Shown here piece after piece: positions 12,005 through 23,771 of a DNA stretch of 64,000 bases. The translations under genes were made by a program, and so were the position numbers. This stretch comes from Raillietiella orientalis (Eukaryota). Location of the stretch: positions 124,001 through 188,000 of the forward strand of contig JAYWIR010000052.1 in assembly GCA_036172245.1 (NCBI GenBank), written 5' to 3'. Positions within the stretch are counted from its first letter, which is position 1; every line of letters begins with the position of its first letter. The notes beneath the pieces are model-generated. The model did no database searches. It worked only from the letters and a program-made list of their open reading frames with translations, and was not told where the DNA came from.

Positions 12005-13641
12005 AAAAACAACAACAACAACAAGACTAATGACACCCCCTAAACGCTTTCCAGTGTCGCTCCAATCTTTAAAGTTCTTGCGACCGCTCAACCCTTTTCG
12101 TACTAAAATAACTCCACGAGAGTCAAAAAGGACTGACGTCAGTCCGGCTCACCTTCATCTAAAAGGAATCTAAGAGTGCCGGATCGAGTGTGCTGTTCAA
12201 ATCGCGGCCTGTCCAGAGCCCGGCCGGTCCACGAGGACTCCCTCCTCGGAACAGCCACTTCCCGACTTTTCCATCACCTTACTGGATAACTGGAAAACGG
12301 CATCCTTTCAAATGCAAGCTGCGGGGCACCGGAATCCACTCCTCGATGGCCTCAGATAACATCCCCGTCTCGGAAATGGCAGCCCTGCTCCAGAATCGTT
12401 CCTGAAACGCGAGTTCCAAGGCTCCCCCGAACGAAACGTGAGATGCTGCGCCTCTCACGAGATTACCGACCCGCGACGTCGGGTTTCCGGGTTGAAACAT
12501 TTATTGATTACTTATCGCAACCTGCCGTGTTGTGTTGCGAGCCAAAAAAAACACACACGCACGCACGCACGCACGCACTCGAATGCTGCTTGTTCGGCAG
12601 CTCGTGGAAAATGCTGCCCTGACGGCTTCTGCGCAGTCGGATGGATGGCGCGAACGCAACCTCCATGAAAGCGCCGTCCCAGCGGTACCTGCATTTGGGG
12701 GTCGGCCTACTGCCTCCAAGACCGCTCATCAACTCGTGATCCCCTTTACTCGTTTCGCAATCTTAATCGTCCTCACTGCAATTAGGGACTCCTTTGCTGG
12801 TGGCTCACCGTGCCGACAAATCAGCGGCGCTGCGGAGTTTCGCCAATTAGGGCGCCTCCCAGCAAAAGATCCCAACCCATTTATGCCATTTATGCCTTGC
12901 AGTCGTTCGAAAATTCGATTTTGAGCTCGTGAAAAACTCCTGCACGCGGGAAACTTTTGGTACGTACACTACGCAAACAACGCTGTAGCTTATACCAAGG
13001 TGGAGGCCAAAAACTCCAAGGCTGGTCGAACCAGGACCTTATTTAACCACATTGGAAATGGACACCTGGACGCGGTCTGAATACGTTCATTTCTTCGAAT
13101 CAGTGCGGCTCGTGCGCTGCTTTTACATGAGCCCCGCTGAGAAGATGTCCTGCGAAATGACTAAACCAAAGAGGGACAAAGCAAGGAAGAAGGCAGTTCG
13201 GAGGAATGTCATGTGTTACGTGAATTCCTCTGACGACCGAAAACCCATTGACCTCATTTCTTTAAACCTCGCTCATCATCGGTGCGCGGAACACTTCGTC
13301 ATCATGAGCTGCACCTGAAGACTTGCCATTGCAGTTTCGTAACCCATCTTTCCACAGAGGAACACCTTTGCACCATACCTTTTCGACTTCAAGCGAGGAA
13401 TGCAAGGATTTGCTCGCGCAAAGGGTCGCTTCAAGTCGCAAGGAGCTTCTACGAGCGCCAGGTCGAAGCGTGGACGGGACTCCCCAGATGACCTCGGGAC
13501 AGAAGGAACGACTTGGGAGCAAGCCGACGTGTCCGTCGACACTCCCTGAAAAGCACTGGAGTTGCGCCCGGTTGCTTGGGAAACCGCACATCCTGTGGAC
13601 TGCAGAGTGTTTTCTTTTCTTCCCCCCTCCCCCACCGATGA

Positions 13642-13642
<1 letters not shown>

Positions 13643-13692
<50 letters not shown>
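13643..13692. repeat. (GT)n microsatellite
   Basis: About 25 uninterrupted GT units. Confidence 0.95.
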
Positions 13693-13693
<1 letters not shown>

Positions 13694-16600
13694 CACCTCT
13701 CATCACGGACAAAACAGAATTGCAGGAGCGCCATCTCTTGAGAAATTAGGGGTGATCCGAACAAATACTTCGGAAATGCAAGAACCACCCCGTGGATCCC
13801 AACAAGGGCAATCCTTCCTATTGCCGATGGCACCCAGACGATAGGCCGACTGCCTACGCAGCAGCCCGAGTGCTTGACCACGTGCCATAAAGGCAGACTT
13901 GCTGAAACCTCCGACCGGTCCACCAGCATCGGGCATTCGTGGTCTGGAGCAACGGTCTGGAGCAAGTGAAAGAATGTTTTCGAAAGCCGTTGCTGCCTTG
14001 GGAGCAAGAAGTGGAGCGCGCGCTGGGCCAACTTCTCGAGGGCTCTTCCAAAGTGTCGATTTCCCTCGCCGAGGTGAGTCTCCCAAATAAAGTGATCACG
14101 ATGTCCCCCCTTTTCGTCGCAAGATTCCCTTCGCGGGGAGATTCTGTTTTGCACATCCGTGCGAGGGATAAGGGTTGCCAAGAAAGCAAAGCCGAAACCC
14201 ACGGTGTGAAACGTGGGGGGGGGAAAAAAAAAAGTCCATGGAGGTTTTTTGTTTGCACAGTCGCTGGTGATCAAGGAACCTTACAACGTGTGTACACAAT
14301 CCTGCCGTGCGCACCACGCGAAAATGACACCCAACACACCTCGTACACGGCGAGCACCACCGTGTCCGCCAAGGGTTCGCTTTTGAGCAACGGACGGTTT
14401 CGAGTCTTCCGAGGTTTTCGGTATCCGACATCGAGAAAATGACTTTTGGCGGTCACCATCTTAAAACTGCACCACCGTGAACGAAACGCACAACTCGTTG
14501 GAAAATTAACTGCAATCAACGAGATAAACCTTGGAAGTAAAAAAACACGAAAGCATTTCTCTTTCCCGAAAACACTTGGGAAAAATGGACATTTATTTGC
14601 ACGTAAGTTTACCTTTCTTGAAACGCCCCACGGCTTTCCGATGCAGCACTCATTCGAAACTTCTCCAAGAGTTACCTATTCTTCCTGACAGCAGCACGAG
14701 TTCTTGCAGTAAAACAAAGAGACCTTCGGGGACGGCAAGGCGAGCAATAGCATCGAGGGAAAAGCGACCAGCAAACTCCTCTTGCAGAGAACCTTTTTTC
14801 CAGGCCTTCTCGGCTGATCACACTGAATCACATCACAGTTCTCCGGTGTCCATCCGTCCAAGATGTGATGAAACACGGGCGGAGATTCTCACAAAATGTG
14901 GCACAAGAAATGTACGTTTTCCACAGAATCGATGCCAAGTTTTCGCTCGTTTCAAAAAATGCTCCATAAAAATCATGGTAGTCTCAACAAATGCAAAAAA
15001 TACGATTCGTTTCTTTATTGAATGGTTTATTAAGCATAAGTAAAAGTTGGAAATACTTGGGATAATTCTCTCTCATTAACTGTTCTGGTTACAGACTGAC
15101 CTTTGTTTTTTTGTGTGCGTGCAAAGGTGTAAAATTGACAGCTGCCACCTAAAAGTCCCTCTTCTCTATTCTGGCACGGAATGAGGTAAGACAGAAAAGT
15201 GCTTTCTCACTGCCCTTCTGAAAAGTCGCCTCATACTCAGCTTCTCTCATTAACTGTATAAACCAGGTAATTCCTCACACCATTGCCCTCTGCTTTAATT
15301 TTTGGATCACCTGACTGTCTCAGATACCACGGAAAAATACTACGTATTATTCATTTTCATAGCATTTGTTCCATAATATCAAACACATTACTCTCGTACT
15401 GCATAGCACTGAAGTAATTTGAGTACAGATCATCATAAACCTTATCAAATTTCACATAGGAGCTGACTAGCACATGTTGGTAAATCAAGCTATTTGGATA
15501 TAAGCACAGGAATACTGCATTATGTTTTCCATTTTGTACCTTCAGTATAACGAAGTATGCAAATCTCAGATGTATGCATCAAATACTTTCGATAGTAACG
15601 ACGGTTTAAAGACAGTGAACAGTTAACAAAGAGGGCTTCTGGATTTAAAGTAACATACCATGCTCAGAGCAGATCACATCATTTAAAAATCCTTAAAGTA
15701 CTGTACTACTATAAGATCCAGCAAGATAATGCCATTTCCAAACTGGATCCAAGCTTATGTTTGCAATAGCTGGTTATCCAAATGTGTTTATTCTATTATT
15801 AGAGAGCATGGGTTCCATAGTCTCCCACATGGAAAACCTCCATCCCCCACCAGATCACTTGAGGCCATTCAATCACTTGTGTGCAGAATCTGAGTTAAAT
15901 ATTTGTTCCCAAGTTTAAGATCATTTGGCATTTGACGAAATAATGAAAGCAAACACCAACAGTGCTCTCAGATGGTTTCTCTTACTACAGTTTACGACAT
16001 TTTCGGAAAGATTGCCATAGCTCTCCCATGATGGGTGGCTTATTGGCTATTTCCCAGACTTCACATGTATATTAAGTATTTGGGTATAAATCCTATGATG
16101 TACATGCATTCTTGAAGCACACATGTTTTAGGTATTCTAGAAGCATACCCTTTGCTTAGTGTTTACAGTTTTCCAAGTATGATGCTTATCAAAGCAACCT
16201 TATATTCACTGACCAATATATTTGAATACGATATGTAAATATCTTCTCGGCTTATCTGAGTACACTCTTTGATTCAAAGCATACCTTGAAAATGAGTTTT
16301 TCAACTAACAGTAATCTCGCTGTTGATCAGATCCCTCATGCTCAGAACATGCGTGAAAGATTTTATATCACTTCACATCAAGCATGTACTAGTTTTCCAT
16401 CTGCATCCTATTTGCATGTGAAAGAAATAACTGAATTACCTACCAGTCAGTGTTAGTAATTAGCATCAATTAAAAATGAAATCCATGAATTAAGATTGAG
16501 GCACATTTCTGTTCAATAAGAGGCATGCAATCAAGTTGCTGTAATTTCTGCAAAGTGAGACATATTTACCAAAAATGCTACCAATTTTTTGTATTCTTTT

Positions 16601-16800
16601 GTTGTAAACGAACTGATACAATTTTATAATTATGTGCATGCAGAGCAATTCCAACTATCACTTTTGTTTGTTTGTTTTTAAGAAATCAGTCAGATTAGTA
16701 AAAAAAAAAAAAAAAAAAAAAAAATCACACATCTATTCCGATATCTATCTCTGCATGATTTAACACATGATGGGTGAACACATGTCTGCATAGGATGAAT

Positions 16801-18833
16801 TTATTTAGAAATACCAATTCTCTGCAAATAGGCCTCGTAGCCTTTTTGCTGATACAACTGAATGGTCTCCAAATTAAAATTATCAATAATTCCTCTACCG
16901 ACAACAATTATGTCAGCCTGTTTCTTCAGAACAGCTTCTTCAGGACTGACATATACCTGATCTACAGTATCTGTTTTCTTCTGCAAACTGACACCTGGAA
17001 CTATGTGCAACAGATGTGGATTATCAGAAACCTTTGACTGTGAAATGAATCCAGTAACAAAATTAGCATGCAACTGGCTTAATTTGACTGCTTCTAATAA
17101 TATACACCATATCTTAGAGTGAGATTTTGTTTTGATACGATTACCCACTATTTTTATATGATTCTGGAATGCAAGAATCTGCAGAACTCATTTCAGTCAC
17201 TAAAACTACTCCTCGGCATAACTGCTGATTAGGAACACCTAACTTTAAACCTTGGATCAATCCTTCTCCTGGAAGAATGTGAGCTGTTACCAAATGTGCC
17301 CATTTGCTTATTTGGTATAAACCTCCCGAGTACTGTTTGCAAACTATTGCACCAATGTCAGCAAATTTTCTAGAAAATACGGACAATTCAAGATAAAAAC
17401 AAACAAAAACTCTACATTTGTTTTACCGATCCTCTAAAATAAAAAACCTATGTTCCTCTGCATATTTCTGGAGTAAAGTCATGTCGTCCTGAGAGAAATC
17501 TCTCAGTAGATCCACATGCATTTTTAACAGGCAAATGTATGGTCCTGCCACATCAGCAATTTCTAAAAGTTTCTTGAAAGAATCTACATCAGCAGAAACA
17601 CAGAGATTGGTTTTTTTCTCAGCAATAACTTCGAGTATTCTCTTCACTAACACATTTTGGCAAGTGGAAGCCCGTTCTTCATATGTCAAGTTAATAGTAT
17701 CTTTAGAAACTATTTACAGAAAAAATTATTACTGGAGGTATAAACTGATTGTGCAACTTAATCATAAATACCAGCGCTCATTAGAAAAATATTAACAAGT
17801 TTCAATATGCTTAATAAGAAGGCAAATCAATGGAGTCAATATCAAGGATACACACCCAAGCTGGTTTCCTCTTTAACATGCAACAAATTAGTTTCAGCTG
17901 ATATACATGGACAAGCTAACAACTTTGCTTTTTCATCGAGGTTTCTTTTTTCAAGAACATCCATCAGCTAAAACTACATTAGATTCATCAATGGGGTGAT
18001 CACAAATGCCTCACAAATGATGACGTAAAAAGATAATGAACGTGGATTCCATTCATTTCCAAATGGTCGGTTGCATTTTGCTCTCGTACAACTACATTTA
18101 AAACATCAGTTACTTTGAGACCTGCATCTGTACAAATCTTTGATTTGAAAAAATTTGCATCAGAAACTGCACTTTCAACAATACATAGGATTAGAAGCTA
18201 TCACTGCATAAATAGTACACCAATACTAAAAATTGTTATAAACTGAAGCACATATCAACTAGCAATTAATATCTTACTCTTTAGCTTTCAGCACTGATTA
18301 CTGAAGAGTGGTATATGTGTCAAGTCATTAATGGATTACGTCCTAGGAAGCACTTAAACACAATAATTACCTTGACCGTATTTAATATACTTTGTCCTGT
18401 TGTAATCACATCTTCAAGCAAGATACATGTTTGACCAACTTCATAATTCCCCTCGATTTTCTTCGATAGCCCATACTCTTTACTTTCTTTACGGCAGAAG
18501 ATCATGGGCAGCGACAAAATGTTTGAGATTACAGCACACATGGGTACAGCCCCATATGGCACCCCACAAATTAAATCCGGATACCGTTCTGATGGTATTA
18601 ACAAACACAAAACTTCCGCAATTGATGCCTAGAAATGTTCACATACAACGAACTTGTGTATGTTCTCTGAACCTTACCAACAACTTTGGATACGATATAA
18701 GTATCCTCATATCAATATAGTACGATGCGGTGGCGGATGACTTTAGGACGAATTCACCGAACTTAATTGTGCCTATACTACATAGGGCATCTGCTATGCC
18801 GAGTAGCACTTTCTCGTCAATTTTCACGTTCAT
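16801..18833 (-). CDS. UMPS: Uridine 5'-monophosphate synthase (bifunctional OPRTase + OMP decarboxylase; rudimentary-like), multi-exon
   Basis: OPRT: IKFGEFVLKS..YIDMR, ICGVPY, RKESKEYG, LEDVITTGQS. ODC: KKTNLCVSADV, LKMHVD, FFILEDR|KFADIG, EMSS, PGV, ADIIVVGRGI. Exons 18833-18678 and 18628-18371, further exons down to TAA at 16801. Confidence 0.95.
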
Positions 18834-21800
18834 GATCAATCGGACTTTTACTTATGACGTCCTACACCTTGGAAAATGGCCCCACTGCTCGCTGCTCCGA
18901 CGCGCGCGTAGGCCCACATCACATCTCTCCACAGAGATGCCACAAGACTCGGAAACGTACCGTAAAATGGAAACAGAATGCCCGTTTTCCAGGACGATCC
19001 AGAAGGAGAGAAGCATATCTTTAGACGGAGGAAATCGAAAGTACTACATTTTGCGTTATACATTTTCATGTTAAAACGTGCACTGTTTTTGCTTCTCAAA
19101 CAAAATCCGTTTTCAGATAAGAAGTGAAACCGAATTGAAAACGAGACGGCCCACCGTCTACCACTGGGGGGGCAATCCATAATTTGATGACAAGGAAAGT
19201 GTCGCCTTGTGTTCTAATTACAAGTTAGTTGTACCGAGATATGTTCCAAAACGCAAAAAGTAAAGCATTACATAATTAAAAGCAATTTTCCCGGTATTGG
19301 AACGAGCCTTACGAATCCATCGGAAGAATGGTAACTAAAATCAAAAGCAATGGACTGGAAGATTGAAAGAGTGCAAAACTAGCTAACAAAGGTACAGAAG
19401 AATGGAAATTTAATTTTCAGATCAGAATGTCATCCCCCAAACTGACTAAGCAACACAACAGTAATCAACTGAAGCTATAAATAGGTGAAATATATTACAT
19501 TCCTCTGTTGAAACATATTACAAATCAACAAATAAAGTTGTGATCTTTGAGAATAGTCACTATGAAAACACTGACAGAACACTGAGAATATTTCGAAATT
19601 TACGAGGTGTTTCTGTTTGCTCATTTCAGAATGCAAAGCACATTGCTTTTACACTGAAATTTCTATTCAATCAAATAGTGTTTCGACATGTACGACTAGA
19701 CATATAACTTTTCAAGACAGCTGATTGAGTTTCTACAAACTCTAGAAACAAATGTATTCAAGAGTAAAAACAGAATGTATTAAAGAACAACTTAGTTCAA
19801 CTTTACCTTCATTACATGTTATCATCGCTCCAACAGGTGTATCTACAGTTTTGTAGCTTTTCTGCTACCAAACAACAGAATTACGGTCACATGTGATTCC
19901 TTAAAACCAAACTCTGCCCTTTGAAATTTCCCATTCTTAATTTATCCTTACTTAGAGAGTTCAGATTCTTTTTAAAAAATCTTGCACAGAACATGAATAT
20001 GCCAACGATGTATTCCAATGTCTTTTTCAACTCCATATTACTTGTTTTAAAACTATATTGAATTGATTTTTATGACAATTTTCCGTATGCAATGCAAAGC
20101 TTTCCATTCGAATGTTCCAAATCCTATTTTGATCTGCACAAATCAGCAACCCAAAAAATAAATATCATCCATGATGATGATCACATCCTATGAAAATAGG
20201 AATTGCGTTCTCTTCTCTTCGCTTTGTTAAATGCATTGGACGTTTATCTCTCAGCCTGAGCTACAAAAATAATTTCTCTACTATAAATGCCTATCATTCG
20301 ACATGATTTCATCGACTCCTCGCGCATTTTTCAGAGACTGTATGACTTCCAGGCACGTATCGATCACATTCACTATATCAGAGAGTAATGACTCATCTTA
20401 CTAATTACATCGTTTTCTCTTGAATTTTGAATTTCGGTTACATAAGCGAAAATGGAGAGCTAATATTCAGAATGTGAAAATGATTTATTAGGATGTAAAT
20501 ATAAATAACAACTGCAGGAGATTATAAAAGGAAGAGAGAAAAGCTAAATCAAATAACGAAGCGAGATCAGCTTTTGTAATAGGAGACTGAAAAAACAATA
20601 GCAAGGAAGCAAGCATTTTTCCTTCTGTAAACCCAGAATTATTTTCCAACTTGGAATCACATTTGTTTGAAAAAGCTCACTTCTTCAGCAGTCGAAGCGC
20701 TTTTGCACCACTTTTTTGCTGTTGCGACGATAGAAGGTTGCATGGCCATTACATGCCATCTTCAATGACTTCTTCACACTTGGAGAAAGCTGTAGATTGC
20801 AAAAAGTTCTAATATTAGGATATTCCTGTGAAACATCCTGATGTCCGCAAATTTGAACTTTATGAACATCGTCTAATTATTTCACGCCATTTGCTTCATT
20901 CGTCGGTTCAAACGGAGTATCATTTTTACAAAGATGAGCCCACTCCAATTAATGGGAAAAATATTGGTAAGGTATCTATGGTAAGCAATAAGTATAACAG
21001 TTTCCAAGAGCATGCTAATTTCAAAATAGTTCACAAGCATTTCTTAATTTAATTATAACGTTTTCTCGATAACCTGCATCATCATTATGTTGAGCATCAT
21101 GCATATAATAAGTAAGATATGGGAAAAGGAATTTCTTCAGATTGTGCTAGTGAGTGGTGTTGAGAGTCGTTTCAGAAAGGTAAACAAATAATTTATGAGT
21201 CATACCCAGTATTACGGAGCAACAGGGTGGAAGGATGAACACCACCACCTTATTCGGACTCCGGAAGATCTCAAATGAACCCTGAAAACCTGTTTCCATA
21301 ACAGGGTCCAGGTGCATTAATACTTCTAAACAGAGGGTGCGTTTCAGGCAGTAAAAAATGAAAGGAAAATTGTTAATGGAGATACATCCTCTAATGCCGA
21401 ACCATCCACACTCGCTTCGGCTGTACGTACGCTACCATCCCTACATTTGGTATCCTATTCTCGAAAGCGCCTTTTCTAATTGTCCATGGAACTCATCCCA
21501 CGCTCATAATGGACTGAAACTTCTTCGCAAAGAGTATAAAGCACCATTATGAAGAAGCGATCCTAAATTACAACATTGTGACCTTATTAGGTGGCAAATT
21601 ACAAACAAAGTTCCCGTTTGCGTTACATAACGGCATCCCCATTGCAGTGACCGAACCCTCCTGAACATATGTCTTCGCTATTTGCTCCGATAAGCAACTT
21701 TCATATGAATTATGCTTCCTATGCAGAAACCTGTGCCATGACTACTTGGAAGAAGAAGGAAAAAATCCGATTTCTTTATGAATACTCCGAATCATTTCGC

Positions 21801-22484
21801 TACAGAGAGTGTGTAACCGAACACGTTGAAATCACCTGATGTGTTTTTCGACCACGCATTTCGGAACAGCACTTTTACGTGCAATGATTCCGCCCTCTTT
21901 TCCCAGATGACTGCATTTGAATAGGAGTCACTCAGATATCGAAATGCCAATGCACGTTTGCTGGTCGTCCACATTCCCCCCAGAGCAAAGCTTTCGTGCT
22001 TTTCGGTTTTCCATGCAATGAGCCGCTCTTGCTTGCTGGATTTCCGAATTGTTCCGATAGCAATTGATCTCCTCGAGGGAACGAACTTTTTTTTTTTTCT
22101 CTTGTCTTTTCGCGTTCCTTCCTTTCCCTGAAAGGGAGGGATTTCCAGATGCAGAAAGAAGGAAGAGTTCCGACTGCTGGCCGACCTCGGAGCTTCATGT
22201 AGCGTTGGGGCGAGAGAGAAATTCCGTGCTACTCGTCCACGTCTTTTTTTTTTTTTCCTCCTCCTTTTCGCCAGAGGGAACCCTGGTCGAGGCGCGAGCA
22301 GCGCCATTCGCTTTCGCCTTTGGACCGGCCGCCACCGCGCCGACGAACCCGCGCGAGTCAGTGAGGTGCTGGCGCTGCCGGCGGGGACCGTGGGTGTTGG
22401 CGGTCCTACCCCCTCGTCGTTGGCACTGCCACCCCATCCCCCCCACAGAGTAGGTGTGCACGAACACGAGTTTGGCCGTTCGCC

Positions 22485-23771
22485 ATGAGCCACAGCCGCA
22501 ACGTGTGTTGGTACTTCAACGAAGGGAAGTGCCGGTTTGGAGACAGGTGCAGGTACCAACATGTACCTTGCGAAGAAAATGTTAGTAGAGGTTTGTCATC
22601 AGCAAAACGTTTGCCATGCCCGAATTTCGGAAAATTTTCGAATACCCGAATCAGTTGCGATTATGTAACCAGTTGTGCCTAAATATCCCCTTTTAGGTCC
22701 CACCTCGCCGTCACTGAAATCAAAAGGCAGTAACGATTACCAACAGAACTTTCATTCATCCAAAACAAATCGTCCTTATAAAAATCTGGATGAAGACATA
22801 TTTCATGAAATAAAGTAAGGATGGAATGATAAATTTCTTTCACACAAAAAAAATTACATTTATAAGCTGCTATGACACTGTGCAACTTTATGAAGACAGA
22901 ATCGATTTCAATTTGAAATCCCCTTTTTAGAAACATTGTCACAGTTGAGCTAAACGAGTGGGAACATGGGAACATGTGGAAGCTCTCTAGTTTTGGACCT
23001 TTCAAAGGAGCTGCAAGTTTTCCAGGATTTGAGGACGTATCTGCAGAAGAACTGCGATGGGCAAGTTACCAAGCAAAATCCCCACAAGATAAATCTTATT
23101 TGGTGAGATTATGATAACTTTCAACTAGCTGTTGTTATTATTGCTATTGTTGTTGTTGTTGCAGGATATGTGCATAACTGCATTATTTACCAAGTTTCAA
23201 AAAAGGAAACTCATGCTTCTACATCCAGATGAAACCATTTTGCAGATCTTGGTAAAGTGTTTTAATATGTTCACTGTTTAAGTTTAATGTATTTTTTTGG
23301 ATGAAATGAAGTTGCATGAATCATTTGGTTGAGTAATGTTAATTTTAGAAAGAATTGTATCTGGGTCAGTCAATACCTAACCTTGGTGATTCACAAGAGT
23401 TGACCTCCTTTCTGAAATTTGTTAGTACTTCTGCTCCAAGTAGCAAAGTTGCCTCGACATTTAAGTTTTGTATAGATACTCCTACAGAGAAGTCTACTTA
23501 TTCAGACCAAGAACTTGAAAAAAACATCCCACCTTCAGCATCAAGTGAATGTTTCAACAAAAACGCTCCAAATACAAATAAACAAACTGTATCTTCATTG
23601 AAAGATATGAACAAAAATGTGAGCACTGTCGCAGATGCCAGTAGTTCTGTTTCTTCAGATGTCTATACATCCCTTGAAAACTTGACACAACAAGAAAAAG
23701 AACAATTTTTTGCCCATAAATTTGATTTGTCCAAGATCCCTGTAAGACCACCACCTAAAGAATTATGTTAG
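22485..23771 (+). CDS. NUP42: Nucleoporin NUP42/NUPL2 (NLP1/CG1)-like: CCCH zinc finger plus C-terminal Gle1-binding motif, about 301 aa
   Basis: Exons 22485-22590, 22697-22814, 22931-23102, 23165-23251, 23349-23771. N-terminal CWYFNEGKCRFGDRCRYQH, middle WEHGNMWKLSSFGP...GFEDVSAEELRW, C-terminal YTSLENLTQQEKEQFFAHKFDLSKIPVRPPPKELC. Confidence 0.88.

Larger units (their letters stand above)
9767..14387 (+). other. CpG/GC-rich block with a candidate orphan spliced gene
   Basis: 448-codon ORF at 9767-11113. Downstream canonical splice pairs 13882-13926 (45 bp) and 14074-14260 join into one open frame. No family recognised. Confidence 0.3.

Noticed and set aside
13276..14274. 332-aa minus-strand ORF
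   Set aside because: Crosses the (GT)n microsatellite as HTHT, and local splice signals favour the plus strand.
18139..18370. snoRNA in the longer UMPS intron
   Set aside because: Partial hairpins only; box positions do not fit H/ACA or C/D architecture.
20400..21760. Possible gene between UMPS and NUP42
   Set aside because: Several short open frames and splice-like sites, but no consistent model or recognisable protein.
21792..22562. 256-aa minus-strand ORF
   Set aside because: Runs through the GC-rich NUP42 promoter and homopolymer tracts, with no family features.
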